This document shows, piece after piece, positions 1 to 16,299 of a DNA stretch of 64,000 nucleotides; within the stretch, counting starts at the first letter, position 1, and each line of letters opens with the position of its first letter. The notes beneath the pieces were generated by a model. It worked only from the letters and a program-made list of their open reading frames with translations, had not been told where the DNA came from and ran no database searches. The translations under genes and the position numbers were made by a program. This stretch comes from Octopus vulgaris (lineage: Eukaryota): NCBI GenBank assembly GCA_951406725.2, contig OX597828.1, forward strand, positions 26,660,001-26,724,000, read 5' to 3'.

Positions 1-44
<44 letters not shown>

Positions 45-55
45 TAATAATAATA

Positions 56-86
<31 letters not shown>

Positions 87-128
87 TAATAATGATAATA
101 ATAATAATGATGATAATAATAATAATAA
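1..128. repeat. (TAA)n/(TGA)n trinucleotide microsatellite
   Basis: Direct reading of taataataa... with interspersed gat units. Confidence 0.97.
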
Positions 129-750
129 CCAACTACATAACTACATAATATATGATGACAGCATAGATTAGGAAGAGGTTTTGGAAATGACAAATGACTT
201 ATTTCAATGGAATAATTAAAAACTTTTATAAGTGATCAAATTGTAAAAAAAAAAAATCAAAAGCGCCAACAGTTGATCCCCGGATTGGTGAGTTCACAGA
301 CGGTTCTTTTTAGAAAAGCTTGATGGAGGCAACTTCCATGCTTATCTGAAAATAATATAGAATTAGTGTTATTATTATTATTTCTTTTATTAAAATGTTA
401 CAGAGGTTTTTTTCTAAGAAACTACGTGGTTCTTTTGTTGCTCTCTAACCATAACAAATATAATGAATTTGGCTTCGCTCTTTCGTTCCCAGTTTTTTTC
501 TTCTTTTTTTTCAATCAGGTCTCAAAAGAAATACATCAGTTATCTTTTGCTGAGATGTATATAAGTATGTGTGTATGTATGTGTGTGTGTACACACATAC
601 TCATATATATATATATATATATGTAAGCATTAGGTACATGTACCAATACATATATGCACACATACGTGTATATATCTGTCTATCAATATAAATAGATAGA
701 TCCAAATACATATATCCATATCTATCTATACAGACACACACACACACATA

Positions 751-784
<34 letters not shown>

Positions 785-909
785 CATGCCTCTGTGTATG
801 TGTGTGTTTGTGTACATAATTTAAAAAATTCTTTAATACATATATATATATATATATATATATAGGGAGATGTATATAGCAAGTGATTTGATCTGAGATC
901 GTGTTTTTG

Positions 910-953
<44 letters not shown>

Positions 954-1245
954 GCGCACGTGGGCACACACACACACACGCACACGTTGTCAAAATGCAA
1001 AGTTAACGAGTGAGACGTGTTTAATTTGTCTTAACCAATCAAAATAATACATTTTAATTAAGCCGCGCTTCCGATTTCTTCTTATTCTTCTTCTTCTTCT
1101 TCTTTCTGTTATGAATTTTTACAACCCAACATAAAAACGCTAAGTGAATAAACGAATGATAATTTATTTAGACAAACCGAACAGAATCACACAAATATCG
1201 TGGCAATATTTCGCTTTCGCTGTGACTAACAGCGAACGAACTCAC

Positions 1246-1264
1246 CGCTGTGATGTGAAACTGG
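1246..1264 (-). other. Candidate micro-exon (19 nt, or 15 nt using the downstream AG)
   Basis: Minus strand reads aatgcattattttacgttacag|CCAGTTTCACATCACAGCG|gtgagt: pyrimidine-rich acceptor and consensus donor. No partner exon identified. Confidence 0.25.
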
Positions 1265-1481
1265 CTGTAACGTAAAATAATGCATTATATAAACATACAT
1301 GCATACATACTTAAACACACACACACAGACACACATATAAAAGGTAAACAAATGCTAGCAAGGAATTTGTAAGCTGATGTTCCAGTTTCGATTCCCGATA
1401 CAATTCACTTCACCTCACTTGATCAATCATTGATGTTTTTTTTTGTTGAAAAAGAATAAATTAATAAAATAAGGCGGCGGC

Positions 1482-1522
1482 GGTGGTGGTGGTGGTGGTG
1501 GTGGTGGTGGTGGTGGTGGTGG
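1482..1522. repeat. (GGT)n microsatellite
   Basis: Direct reading. Confidence 0.95.
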
Positions 1523-1937
1523 GGATATTACATAAACTTTTTTTTTCCCGCTTGCCTTGACTCAGAGACGTGACACCGTAGTACCTATGTGAGAAGTGGT
1601 TACTATTTAATACCGGCGACTCGTCCCTTAATTTCATCATCACCATCATTAGCCTCATCATCATAATCATCGTCGTCGCTGTACGGGTCGTGGGTTTTAC
1701 TATCATTCTATTCACACATCCGTGACACACGCAAGCACATACACACACACATACACACACACACACACGCACATGTATATTATTTTTAATTAGCAGAACT
1801 CACACAGTGACTCAAGAGTCAAGAGTTTCGTGTATTTCATTCAATATTATCAAAGTGGCAGGCACGAAGCAGTCGGCCCTTCGTAATCTGCCGAGTAAAA
1901 AATAGAAATTTATATACATACACACATATAAACGTAC

Positions 1938-2021
1938 CTACATACATACGTACATACATACATACATACATACATACATACATACATACATACATACATA
2001 CATACATACATACATACATAC
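1938..2021. repeat. (TACA)n microsatellite
   Basis: Direct reading; a second long array lies at about 3648-3802. Confidence 0.95.
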
Positions 2022-2408
2022 AAACGTACATACATATATGCATGCATACATACACACACACAAACGTACATAAATACACACACACATATATGCGTGTATA
2101 AATGTGTGTATATATGTAAATATGCAAAAATAGGTTATATACATACATACACACACATTCATATATAAAATCCACACATATGTATATACGTCGTATGATA
2201 TATGTGTATATATGTGTACACACACATCAAGTTAACATTTTGTTTTAATCTCTGAAAACTTGTTTTGCTAGAGAGATCGAATGGGGTGGGAGCTAAAGGT
2301 AAACCAGGGTGACGCTCCAGAAATGAAGAAATGATTTTTTAAAAATATTCTAGTGTCTTTAAAATCTTTCTCTGATTTGCCAAAAACCGAATGGTAAAAG
2401 TTCAACTT

Positions 2409-2747
2409 AGTGTCTTCTACTATAGCCTCGGGCCGACCAAAGCCTTGTGAGTGGATTTGATAGACGGAAACTGAAAGAAGCCCGTCGTATATATGTATAT
2501 ATATATGTATATATGTGTGCGTATATGTTTGTGTGTCTGTGTTTGTCCCCCTCCTAGCATTGCTTGACCACCGATGCTGGTGTGTTTATGTCCCCGTCAC
2601 TTAGCGGTTCGGCAAAAAGAGACGGATAGAATAAGTACTGGGCTTACAAAAAGAATAAGTTTCGGGGTCGAGTTGCTCAATTAAAGGCGGTGCTTCCAGC
2701 ATGGCCGCAGTCAAATGACTGAAACAAGTAAAAGAGTAAAAGAGTAA
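2409..2747 (+). mobile_element. tRNA-derived SINE family A, 5'-truncated copy
   Basis: Closely matches the reverse complement of the copies at 29611, 31067 and 43531; internal (TA)n/(TG)n spacer; gtaaaagagtaaaagagt tail. Confidence 0.9.
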
Positions 2748-2935
2748 TTCCTGATGTTAGACCGAAAAAAAAAGTAGTCAGGTAAATAAAAAGATATATA
2801 AAAAAATTAAAAAGAAGAAAGGAACCACACGTTTTTTTTTTTTTGCTTTCCATTTGGAAAACTACTCGTGTGCGATTCAAGTGTTTATATTTATTTCTAG
2901 GCATCAAATAACAAACAGACGGGGTAGTTTTCTGT

Positions 2936-2937
<2 letters not shown>

Positions 2938-2968
<31 letters not shown>

Positions 2969-3125
2969 TGTGTACAGTGCTCAGGTGCACTACAACTCAT
3001 CTAAAGTGTATATATAATCAGGTGTAGTTTCGGCGGATTTCGGAAAGCATGAGGGCCTTAAAGGATGCAGTGTCATGGCAGTCAACAACTGACGCAGGCA
3101 GTTTATTCCATGCTTCAGCAACTCT
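2938..3125 (-). mobile_element. 5'-truncated CR1/L2-type LINE 3' end with (TTA)n tail
   Basis: Minus frame 3125-3018 reads RVAEAWNKLPASVVDCHDTASFKALMLSEIRRNYT*, matching the RV..WN.LP..VV....FK C-terminal motif of CR1/L2 ORF2; short 3' UTR then a trinucleotide tail. Confidence 0.8.
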
Positions 3126-3928
3126 TTGTACTTTATGGGGTTTTCCCTACATTTTTTTGCAAACTGGATTGAAACTAGTTGCGAAAAGTGAGCCGGGCAC
3201 TTGTGAAAGTCAGTCTTGCCCCGTATTATGAATGAACAAGAAACACGTATTAATACATATTTATTAATGTAAACACGAGGAGAGGAGAGTGCGCGCACAC
3301 GTTTAAGCTTTCTCAGTCCCACGAACCAAACGCACTCTCTCGATTCGTAAGCGTGTCTGTGTGTAAGTGTGTAACAGGGATCGTCTGAGTGGCGATTGAT
3401 GTGATGTTGATGTGTGTATGTGCTACCGAATCCTATGTAAGTATGTATGTATTAATGTACGGTTCAATAATGAGATGGTTCTCGTTATTATTGCGTTTCT
3501 CTACAGTTAAAAAAAATTTTTTTGGTGGGGTGTATTTGTGTATGTCGGCGCGAGGAAAATATATGGACGTAAAGAATGAAGTTACGGATGTATAGGTGAT
3601 TCATAGTCTTTTAATACGTGCATAGATATACAGACATTAACCCACGCATACATACATACATACATACATACATACATACATACATACATACATACATACA
3701 TACATACATACATACATACGTAAATACATACATACATACATACATACATACATACATACGTACATACATGCATACATACATACATACATACATACATACA
3801 TACAGACATGCACACATCCACACAAATATTCTTTCTCTTTATATATATACAGACATATGCATATATATACAAATATATACATGAACGTATGAGTGTGTAT
3901 ACGTATATATATATATATATACATAAAC

Positions 3929-3973
<45 letters not shown>

Positions 3974-4339
3974 CACATTTATTTATCTATATATACGCAT
4001 ATATATATATATACATACATACATACATGCATACATAAACATATACATATACACACACACATATATATATATATAAATATATATCTAGCAGGTGATGACA
4101 AATGAGAAACGATCACACTATAGCCAGTGCTCCAGCATAGCCACAGCCTCTAATTAAAACAAGTAGAGGTATAAGTATATACACACTCTCAAATATATAC
4201 ACTTGATTGCATTTTTATAATATACAAGTATGCACTTGTAAATATCTATCTATCTCTCTGTCTGTCTGTCAGTATATCTATCTATAATTATATATATGTA
4301 TATATATGTATATGTATGAATGTATATATATGTATGTAT

Positions 4340-4372
<33 letters not shown>

Positions 4373-5080
4373 CATAGATGCACATAGATGTGTGTGTGTC
4401 CTTCTATATTCACATAAATATACACCCTATTAACTTGTGTACTCAGGTATAAGCTACACCCGACACTTGGCATATCGTACCAAAACTCAAAACTGAACTG
4501 TTATCGTGCATGATTTCTTAGAACGGAGTATAAGTCAACACCCAGTCGTATCTTACTGAAGTCATGCATAAAAGGGGCAACATGTTCTCAAAAATACTTT
4601 ATTCAATAAATGCATCCCAGTCGTCATAAGTGTGGGTGGTACATAAAATACATCTATTGACAGATACCCCAGCTCTTACCCCCAAAATTGCTCATTATTG
4701 CTAAGTGTAGAGATTTATATACAAAATTATCAACAATAATGACCAGTCTATGTTTGCTTATATATATATATATATAAATATATATACACACACACACAAA
4801 TACATGAATTATCAAGTTCCCACTTGCGCATACACAAATGGTTGTAGGTGTGTGTAGGTGAGTGTATGCAAAGTGTATGCAGATGTTTACTTATGTGTAT
4901 ATCATCATCATCATCATCATCATAGATATATAGATATATATATATATAAATGTCTACATACAGATGTATACATACTTGTATAATTTATTGCATATATATC
5001 AAAATATATACACTTACTAGTTTAAGTTTAGGATTCTGAGTTTATAAATAAAAATATAGACTTAGGCATATTTATACATA

Positions 5081-5114
<34 letters not shown>

Positions 5115-5513
5115 CATAAATATATATGAATATATGTATATATATATACATGTATTTATATATATAGATATATATATATAGATATATATATGCATAAATA
5201 TACATGTATGTGTGCATATATATAAGTGCGAATTTATATATATATAAGTATATTTATATATATATATAAACAGTGTGGGGTTTTAGTACACCAGGTGATA
5301 CAAACAAATAGGTAAGTCTATGCATGTATTTACAGATGTATATGCATATACATATACACATCATTATATATAAATATGCATATTTAAAATACACACACAT
5401 ATATATATATGTAAATGTATACATTTGTTCAATACTTATATCATGCGAGCAAGTAAATATGTATATATAAGCATATATATATATATATTAAGCATAACTG
5501 TTCTATATTGTAT

Positions 5514-5544
<31 letters not shown>

Positions 5545-5610
5545 TGTGTGTTTATGTATATATATATATAAACACATACATATATAATATACATATATAA
5601 AAAATATATA

Positions 5611-5664
<54 letters not shown>

Positions 5665-5701
5665 CATGTAAAAAAATTATATGACACATGTTTGCCGAGT
5701 A

Positions 5702-5750
<49 letters not shown>

Positions 5751-5880
5751 AAGTGTGGATTGTACATATACATATGTATATCAATCAATCTATTTCTCTG
5801 CCAATATATCAACATGCATATTATCATTATTTTACTATCTGTTGTCCATAAGGACAATTATATGTATGTATGCATGTATG

Positions 5881-5924
<44 letters not shown>

Positions 5925-5944
5925 TACATATATATATATAAATA

Positions 5945-6025
<81 letters not shown>

Positions 6026-6060
6026 ATTTACGTGGAAAAGGGTGTGTGGCGTTCGATGAT

Positions 6061-6100
<40 letters not shown>

Positions 6101-6367
6101 AAAACATATATGTATAAGTATATAATATGTATATGTACATAAGTATATATGTATATATATATGTATGTATATATGTACACATATATATCCACCTACTATC
6201 TATATAAGTATAGACACAAACATACACAATAATAAAAACACACAAATTTACATACTACTAAAGTGAAATATATATATATATATAAATACATGTATATATA
6301 TATGTATATATGCATGTATAATTTTATATATATATATGAGGATATATAATATACACACATATCTATA

Positions 6368-6427
<60 letters not shown>

Positions 6428-6744
6428 GATTTTCTAATGTAGATTAAAATATCAACAAGTTGAAAGTAAATATGTGTTTGCACATATAGAAGATAACCAC
6501 AAGACATTATATATATATGCGTATCATCTATTGGCAATCAATAATATGTAGATATACAACCACACAAACACAGACACACATAAACACATATATACATATG
6601 TATGTATGTATAAATGTATCTTGGTCAGTATATACACATGTGTACATATAGAGATTAATAGCGTTATAGATATTCATACCAGCATAGACATCAATATAAA
6701 GTTATAAATATATAAATGTGTGTGTGTGTATGTGTGTGTGTGTA

Positions 6745-6775
<31 letters not shown>

Positions 6776-6917
6776 GTACATATATATATATGTATGTATA
6801 CATATACATAGACATATGTATATATAGAAATGTATGTATATATACACAATATATATATGTATATATATACATGTATATATATATATATATTTATACATGT
6901 ATATATATATATATGTA

Positions 6918-6983
<66 letters not shown>

Positions 6984-7099
6984 TATATCTTTGTATGTAT
7001 ATATAGATTTATTTTCATAAGATTCAATCAGTGCCACTACATGAATCTCCTAGCATTTCAGGCACTCTGTAACTTCTGCTAATGAATAAAAAGCCTCAA

Positions 7100-7143
<44 letters not shown>

Positions 7144-7336
7144 TATATATGCATATATATATATATACACATATAGATATATATATGTATATATATATAT
7201 ATATATATACATAGATGTATATATAAAGCAAAACAACAGTATGCATTTCGAATATGTCAATATATATCTAAATTAATCTATTTATCTACATAAGTATATA
7301 CATATATGAAAGATATATATATGTTTACATATGTAT

Positions 7337-7416
<80 letters not shown>

Positions 7417-7454
7417 TTCTTTGCATAAACAAATATATATATACTTTATATAGT

Positions 7455-7499
<45 letters not shown>

Positions 7500-7532
7500 G
7501 TATGGGTCTGTATTTGTGTCTCTGAAGGCACA

Positions 7533-7582
<50 letters not shown>

Positions 7583-7818
7583 TACATAAACACACATGCT
7601 CATACCCATACACAGACACATACATATAGCTGTTACCTATTGCAAATATATGTCTTGTATATTTGTATTTCAGAATGTTTGTCAGACACAAACACTTTCA
7701 AGTTGTTGATACATTTTAATCTACATTAAATATGCAGATGTTATATATTTCCTGTATGTTATACATGCATGGGGTGTGGAGGTTGTGGTGTGTGTAAATA
7801 TATATGTATATATGTATG

Positions 7819-7852
<34 letters not shown>

Positions 7853-7941
7853 TACATAGATACTGGACATGAACTGGATCCTGTCCTTGAATGCATATAT
7901 ATATATATATCTATATCTGTAATTATCTATCTATCTATCTA

Positions 7942-8021
<80 letters not shown>

Positions 8022-8079
8022 CATATATAAATATGTATATATACATATATTCATATATATACACACACGCATAAATAGG

Positions 8080-8120
<41 letters not shown>

Positions 8121-8218
8121 CCACCCACACACACATAGGTATATATATATATATCTGTGGACACAGTAAAAAGGACAAAAAGGCTGTGAGATGTAAAAAA
8201 GTACATACAGATAGGTGC

Positions 8219-8251
<33 letters not shown>

Positions 8252-8650
8252 GTGTGTGTGGTTATATATATAAAAGTATGCATACATACATATATGTACT
8301 CATATATACATATGCACATATATACAAACAAATTTACATACTTACAAGTACATATGAATGTGTGCGTGTGTACATATATATATATATATATATATGCATG
8401 TATATATGCATATATATATATGCATATATATATACATATACATATACATATATATCCATGCACAAACACATACATGTATATATACATGTATATCCACACA
8501 CATACATATTTATATACACTCACATGAATACATGAATAGCATATATATACATAAGAAGCTATAATATTCAAGTATAATTTTGTATATCAATATACATAGA
8601 AATATATATGTATCCATGCATAAACATTTATACATGTGTATATGTGTGTA

Positions 8651-8701
<51 letters not shown>

Positions 8702-8790
8702 TGTTGTATATGTTTATTCGAATGTATATACATATGTATTGAAATTAAGTGAGTGTTTATATGCATATATATATATATCATATGCTTGTG

Positions 8791-8821
<31 letters not shown>

Positions 8822-8852
8822 GTGTGTGTGTTTGTGTAAGTGTGTGTAGATT

Positions 8853-8909
<57 letters not shown>

Positions 8910-9074
8910 TTATTAACACATGGTCATGTAAATATAACCAGGCAAAGTTCATTGCATTTCATATGCTTCATCTTGCATTTCAAAGCAAGAACTTTCTGAT
9001 ACATACTTTCGAAGACATTTCTTATAAATATTGTTCATATCAAGATTATGAACTTATATATGCACATATATATA

Positions 9075-9110
<36 letters not shown>

Positions 9111-9138
9111 TACATATACATATATATATATACATATA

Positions 9139-9209
<71 letters not shown>

Positions 9210-9238
9210 ATGTGTATTCACATATCATATATATATGT

Positions 9239-9457
9239 CAGTACTTTTCAAACTTTTTGCTGAAGCGGAACCCCAAGGAAACATTCCTTTGGCTCGAGGA
9301 ACCCCTGTGCAATAATTTAATAGTCTTATGCACACATATCTGCATAGGAAAATTTAAAATTACTATCGATTTTAGCAGTTTTGTAACTTCTTGCGGAACT
9401 CCATGACTGTACTGGCGGAACCCTAAGATTTCACGGAACCCTGGTTGAAAACCACTG
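9239..9457. mobile_element. hAT-type non-autonomous DNA transposon (MITE), 219 bp
   Basis: Termini CAGTACTTTTCAAAC ... GGTTGAAAACCACTG (imperfect TIR beginning CAG), perfect 8-bp TSD ATATATGT at 9231-9238 and 9458-9465, repeated subterminal GGAACC motifs. Confidence 0.85.
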
Positions 9458-9496
9458 ATATATGTGTTTGGATTTGTGAGTGCCTGTTTACATATA

Positions 9497-9537
<41 letters not shown>

Positions 9538-9788
9538 ATATCTATATCCATATCTATATATATGTAAGTACACATTTGTGTGCACGGAAATTGCAAAACA
9601 AGGTGGGAAAAATAGTACTGGAATACCAAATGCAGAGCAATGTAGGTTTTTTTGAAAGCATGCAAATTATCACAGCACTGTCAGTCAGATTTATACATTG
9701 CCATTTGTTTGACTGTGACTGTCCGATGAACATGGATGGGTCACTCTGAGTAACGGTTCTATGAAAATTTTGCAGATTTATTAAAAAG

Positions 9789-9831
<43 letters not shown>

Positions 9832-9850
9832 TCGTGTATGTACACATGTG

Positions 9851-9890
<40 letters not shown>

Positions 9891-9899
9891 TATATATAC

Positions 9900-9935
<36 letters not shown>

Positions 9936-10081
9936 ATTTACATATATATATACAGAAATGTATGTATCTTAATGATAAGTATACATGCAGAAACATGTTG
10001 CATATTTTCACTAACACATGTATTGTTATATATATAGAGAGAGAGTTAGGATGAGTGATAGCAATAAATGTATATACATAC

Positions 10082-10120
<39 letters not shown>

Positions 10121-10419
10121 TGTGTGTGTGTGTACATATACATACATAGCTATGCACATTTATACATATATATGTATGTGTTTTATCATTTACCTTGATA
10201 AGAATCAATACACAACTCATGTATGTATATACATGCATACACATACACCTACAAACATATATGTGTATACAAGCTTACATGTTTAGAGTTTATATATCTG
10301 TCTGTTCATATACATATAAATGCATTTATACACACAATTCTATATACATTGTGTGTGTCTATATATATATTAGAAGGTTTGGAGATGATGTACAGGTATT
10401 ATATATTAGAAGAAATTTC

Positions 10420-10474
<55 letters not shown>

Positions 10475-10563
10475 TTAATACATGTATGCATGTGTATAAA
10501 GAACTTGTGTTTCACGTGTTTCTGAATTTATATTTACATACACGTATATAATTAAGTGATATA

Positions 10564-10615
<52 letters not shown>

Positions 10616-11111
10616 CGTGTGAGAGTGTTCACATAGGTATAGTGTGTAGAACTGATAGAGAGATAGGTAGATAAAGAGATGTCGATTTAGATATTCTCAT
10701 ATACAACTTAATAACTATAATATGATTTTATATACTTTTATATAATATTAAATATTTTATGAAATATAAAATAATTTTATATACTTTCACATACATATAC
10801 ATAAATTTTTATGCATCCACACATCCCTTTATCTACAGACTATTTCCAAAATGTCACACAAAATCTATACATACACCCACACAGACATAAGCAATCATGC
10901 ATACACATCTTATATAAAGATTTGCATATCTATATTGCTTTGGGTTATATGTTTAAAGGTTATATATATAAACATGCAGTCTCATATATACCCATTCATA
11001 CACAAATAAGTATGTACTCACATACATACATATATATATATATAGATAAATATACATACATGCACTCACATACATACATATATATAGATAAATATACATA
11101 CTTATATATAT

Positions 11112-11155
<44 letters not shown>

Positions 11156-11416
11156 CTTATAAATGAGGGCTAAAGAAAATTATATATTATATATATATGT
11201 ATGCATTTATGTATGTATGTATGTATGTATGTATATATACACTTATATGCATGTGCATGTCAATACATGTATACATGTCCATGTTACCCTAATACTGATA
11301 ATTACATATATATATTAAGTGCCCTCTGTACACCTAAACATCCTTCCATACTTAGATGATTTTTGGAAATTAATTCTTCATCTCCAAGACCAATAAAGTT
11401 GTTTTGTGAATATATA

Positions 11417-11840
<424 letters not shown>

Positions 11841-11863
11841 TATATATATATATATATATATAT

Positions 11864-12130
11864 GGAGGCGCAATGGCCTAGTGGTTAGGGCAGCGGACTC
11901 GCGGTCGCAGGATCGCGGTTTCGATTCTCAGACCGGGCGTTGTGTGTGTTTATTGAGCGAAAACACCTAAAAGCTCTACGAGGCTCCGGCAGGGGGTGGT
12001 GATCCCTGCTGTACTCTTTCACCACAATGGCGGTGCCCCAGCATGGCCACAGCTCAACAGCTGAAACTGGAAAAACAAAAACAAAAACAAAAAAAATATG
12101 GAGCATGGAAAATAGATGTTAAATGATGAT
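11864..12130 (+). mobile_element. Chimeric SINE: family B 5' half, family A-like 3' end, RTE-type (GAT)n tail fragment
   Basis: 11864-12027 repeats the head at 11528; 12029-12096 ggcggtgccccagcatggccacagc...gaaact resembles family A 3' ends; 12102-12130 matches the RTE-tail family terminus. Confidence 0.7.
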
Positions 12131-12237
12131 AATGTTCATACATATATACATATATATGTGTATATGTATACATATGCATATTTGTGTATATATATATATT
12201 TATATATATATAAAACACATACACACATACATGTACA

Positions 12238-12277
<40 letters not shown>

Positions 12278-12364
12278 TGTATATTCATATATGCATATGA
12301 TTACTATGAAAATACTATATATGTATGTATGTATATTTAGCTATAAACATATAATTTTATACAT

Positions 12365-12408
<44 letters not shown>

Positions 12409-12808
12409 TAGATATGTACATATGTATGTATATGTATGTATGTTTACAAGGATATAGAGATAAGTTTAAATTTGTGCAAATATGTGTGTGTATAGGGACA
12501 TAAAGCTTCGGACAGTTAGATAAGTTTCAGCCAGAACTAGCCATACCCGTTTTCTTTGGTCATTTTGAACCATACCATGCTCTTGTGGCCTATTCATGTG
12601 CATTCATAAGAAATCTACGTCACATTGTTCATTCTTACGTACATAAACTCTTAAATGTAGACACACACACACACATATATATGTATGTATATTTATGTGT
12701 ATATATATGTGTATATATGTGTATGTATATATATATATATCTATATCTATTTGTATGAAGCTACCTGTCTATCAATATATATGAGTATATGTTTACTCAC
12801 ATGTATAC

Positions 12809-12868
<60 letters not shown>

Positions 12869-13232
12869 CACATATAAATAGATAGACAGTCAAGCAGATA
12901 GATAGATAGATAGATTCATGTACTATGTACATACATACATACATACATACATACACCTATAGGTAGAAGCACAGTCACACTCAACTGCATACATCCATGT
13001 ACATGTGTTTATTGTGTGTGTGAGTGTGTGTGTGTATCTATGTATGTATGTATGTGTATGCGTGTGCATGTATGTAGTCGTGTGTGTGTATTTATAAATA
13101 TATGTTTATAAATATATACACTCAAATACGTGCACGCACGCTAATACACATATACATACATACATATATATGTATGTATGTACGTATGCATTTGTGTGTG
13201 TGTGTATATATACATATATGTGTGTGTGTGTG

Positions 13233-13271
<39 letters not shown>

Positions 13272-14265
13272 CACACACACATATATATATATATATAAAC
13301 ACACACACATACATATATGTATGGAAATATGCATGTACGTGTGTATATATATATATATATATATACATACTGCGTGCCGTAGTTATGCAAAATCTACAAC
13401 TCATGCCAAGACATAAAACGGATGCAAAAAAAGAATAAAAAAGAACAAAACAGAAAAGTCCAGTTGTTATGGAAATCGTTCGTTTATATGAAAACCAGAT
13501 ATATGAAAATCTCTCTGAAGGGTACATGGTAAATATGTACCCTACTCGAATTTCATGGGTTGAGCATTAATAAAATACCAAAATGTGTTTTAAGTACATG
13601 GCATGGCCTACACATTTATTCATGTATACATATGCTTATGTATATATGTATATGTGTATACACACACACACACTTTATAAATATCATATATACATGTATA
13701 CACACACGAATAAAGACACATACACTTATATATATACATTGACAGACAAACACTAAGAAAAGCATGCCGGACTGAGAAAGTTTTCCTTCAGGGTTTCAGG
13801 CAGGCCCCTTTTATAAATTGCCTCGAGTCGGCCGAAGCTGTCCTGTTTGCAGGCAATCGAGTGGAAAAACTCGTCTTATGGACCCTACCTATAATTTCAA
13901 TGCCCACCCTCTCGCCACACGTATAGAGAGCCCTGCTGATGATGTCGGGGATTACGTTTTTAAGGGTGCATGCCTCTATAGAATCGAGTAAGCGGAATAA
14001 AAAAAAAAATAAATAAAACTACGAAGAATTATTCCAATTTTCGTAATTTTCTTCGGATAAATATACAAACACATACTTGAACATAAACCAACACAATCAT
14101 CTATATATGCATGTATATATACGCTCAGGCGTATATTGTGTTGTGGAGGACCATGCATACCTTTCTTGTCAAATACATGTCAAGAAGCACTGGGCTCTCG
14201 TATTTCTGTGCATACACTTATACACATGCAGCTTTCTACGAGTGGATGTATATATATACATACGT

Positions 14266-14350
14266 CTGTCTATCTATCTATCTATCTATCTATCTGTCTG
14301 TCTGTCCTTCTATCTATCTATCTATCTATCTATATATATATATCTATCCG

Positions 14351-14425
<75 letters not shown>

Positions 14426-14452
14426 GTCTATCTATATATCTATCTATCTATC
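14266..14452. repeat. (TATC)n microsatellite
   Basis: Direct reading. Confidence 0.95.
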
Positions 14453-15481
14453 AACACAGCTACGTATGCATTCATATAAGCATGTAGGTAGGTACGTATG
14501 TGAATATGTATAGTGTACGATTTATCTATTACCGTATATTTTCACTCATTTACGCTTACACACGCTCTCTCGCACGCGCACACTCCCAGGCAGACACGCA
14601 CGCACGCGAACTCTCTCTGTCTCGCTCTCTCACGCACACACACACACACACACACACACAGAGTTAAGATGCAAACATACATGAAAACTAAATATGTCCC
14701 AATCGATAAAGAAAAGTAAAAATATGTCAAAGACATGCATGCATATAACGAGCGCGTATATACAAATGCAGCATATATATTTATAAGTGTATATGTGTGT
14801 ATGTGTATATATATATATATGTATCTATGTGCGTGAGCTCGTATGCTAAACGTGCGTATGTATGAAATAACTCATGCAAATAGTTACTGAAAGCAATATG
14901 CATTATTCATACATGTAGAGAAGTGGCTATTCATTGTTACACTACACTAACACATGTATACATACATGCATACACACATATATATACCAATATAGGATTT
15001 ATATAAATATATATATATATAGATACGAATGTATGCTTGTATAAATATATATATATTTATATATATGTACGAATGTATGTATGTATGTACGTATATATAT
15101 ATGTAGGAATGTATGTATGCCTAACACACATGTATATATATGCATATATTTATGTATGTATATGTGAGCGTATGTATGAATGTAGGTAGATGGCAATGTA
15201 CATCCCGAGACACACGACTATATGCAATATACTGCTTAAAGTGTAAAGTTTTTCAAGTTTCTAATGTTTTGAAAAAACATTATCATATTCAAGTGAATTC
15301 GTACATAAAGGTTTTCATACACATAGGCATATCATACATACATACATACATAGATGCATACATACATACATAAATTACATAACGTACATACATATGTATA
15401 TGTGTATGGATAAAGTAGGTATTACTCAGGTACGAATCTATGAGATCGTATACTTTTCCAAAAGCTTAGAAAGTTAAAATG

Positions 15482-15621
<140 letters not shown>

Positions 15622-15801
15622 CTTTATGCTTTGTAGATGCCCAAATGACATTTTCCCATATATATTAAAGTCACATATATGCGTACGTGTATGCTTTTTA
15701 TATTATTTATATTTGTATACCGGCTGACGAGAAACTTAGGTGTCTCCAGAAACAATGTTGACAATAAACATATATGTGTGCGTGCCTCTGTGTGTGCGTG
15801 T

Positions 15802-15847
<46 letters not shown>

Positions 15848-16299
15848 GGATTAAAAAAAAAACTTTTTCTGAAGTACAGCAGATAATTTTAATGATTACA
15901 TACCTAGTTTATATTAATTAACAAGCTAGTCATTTACGAAACATAAATTGTGGGATTGGGGAAATCTTGGCCGAGAGACAGAGGTGGATAGGAAAATGAA
16001 TGAATGAATGAATGAATGAGAGAAAAAAAAATGTGAAAATGAAACTGAAAAAAGAGAAAGAAAAAAAAGAGAGACGCGGGTGCGAATGTGAACAATTAAA
16101 AAATATTTCGAAATCCAACCAAAATTCTTTAATAATAACGAATTCTTTTCTTAGTAGCAAAAAAGTCCAAGTTCGTTCAGAGCAGTGTGTATCCTCAAAT
16201 TGAACCGGTTTCATAATGTTACTGAGTCTTATTTTACCGTCCCTGGGTAGAATTGTAAGGCGAGGTTAATCCCTGATGGAATAGTTGTCATAATTATCA

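Noticed and set aside
268-294. Plus-strand caacag|ttgatccccggattg|gtgagt 15-nt micro-exon pattern
   Set aside because: The acceptor is preceded by an A-rich stretch with no polypyrimidine tract.
13780-13950. CTGATGA at about 13936 with a possible upstream CAGGG partner
   Set aside because: No GAAA with a matching stem III could be placed, so the hammerhead core is incomplete.
15724-15762. CTGACGA...GAAAC..GTT hammerhead-like spacing
   Set aside because: Stem I does not pair and stem II is poor; at best a heavily decayed remnant.
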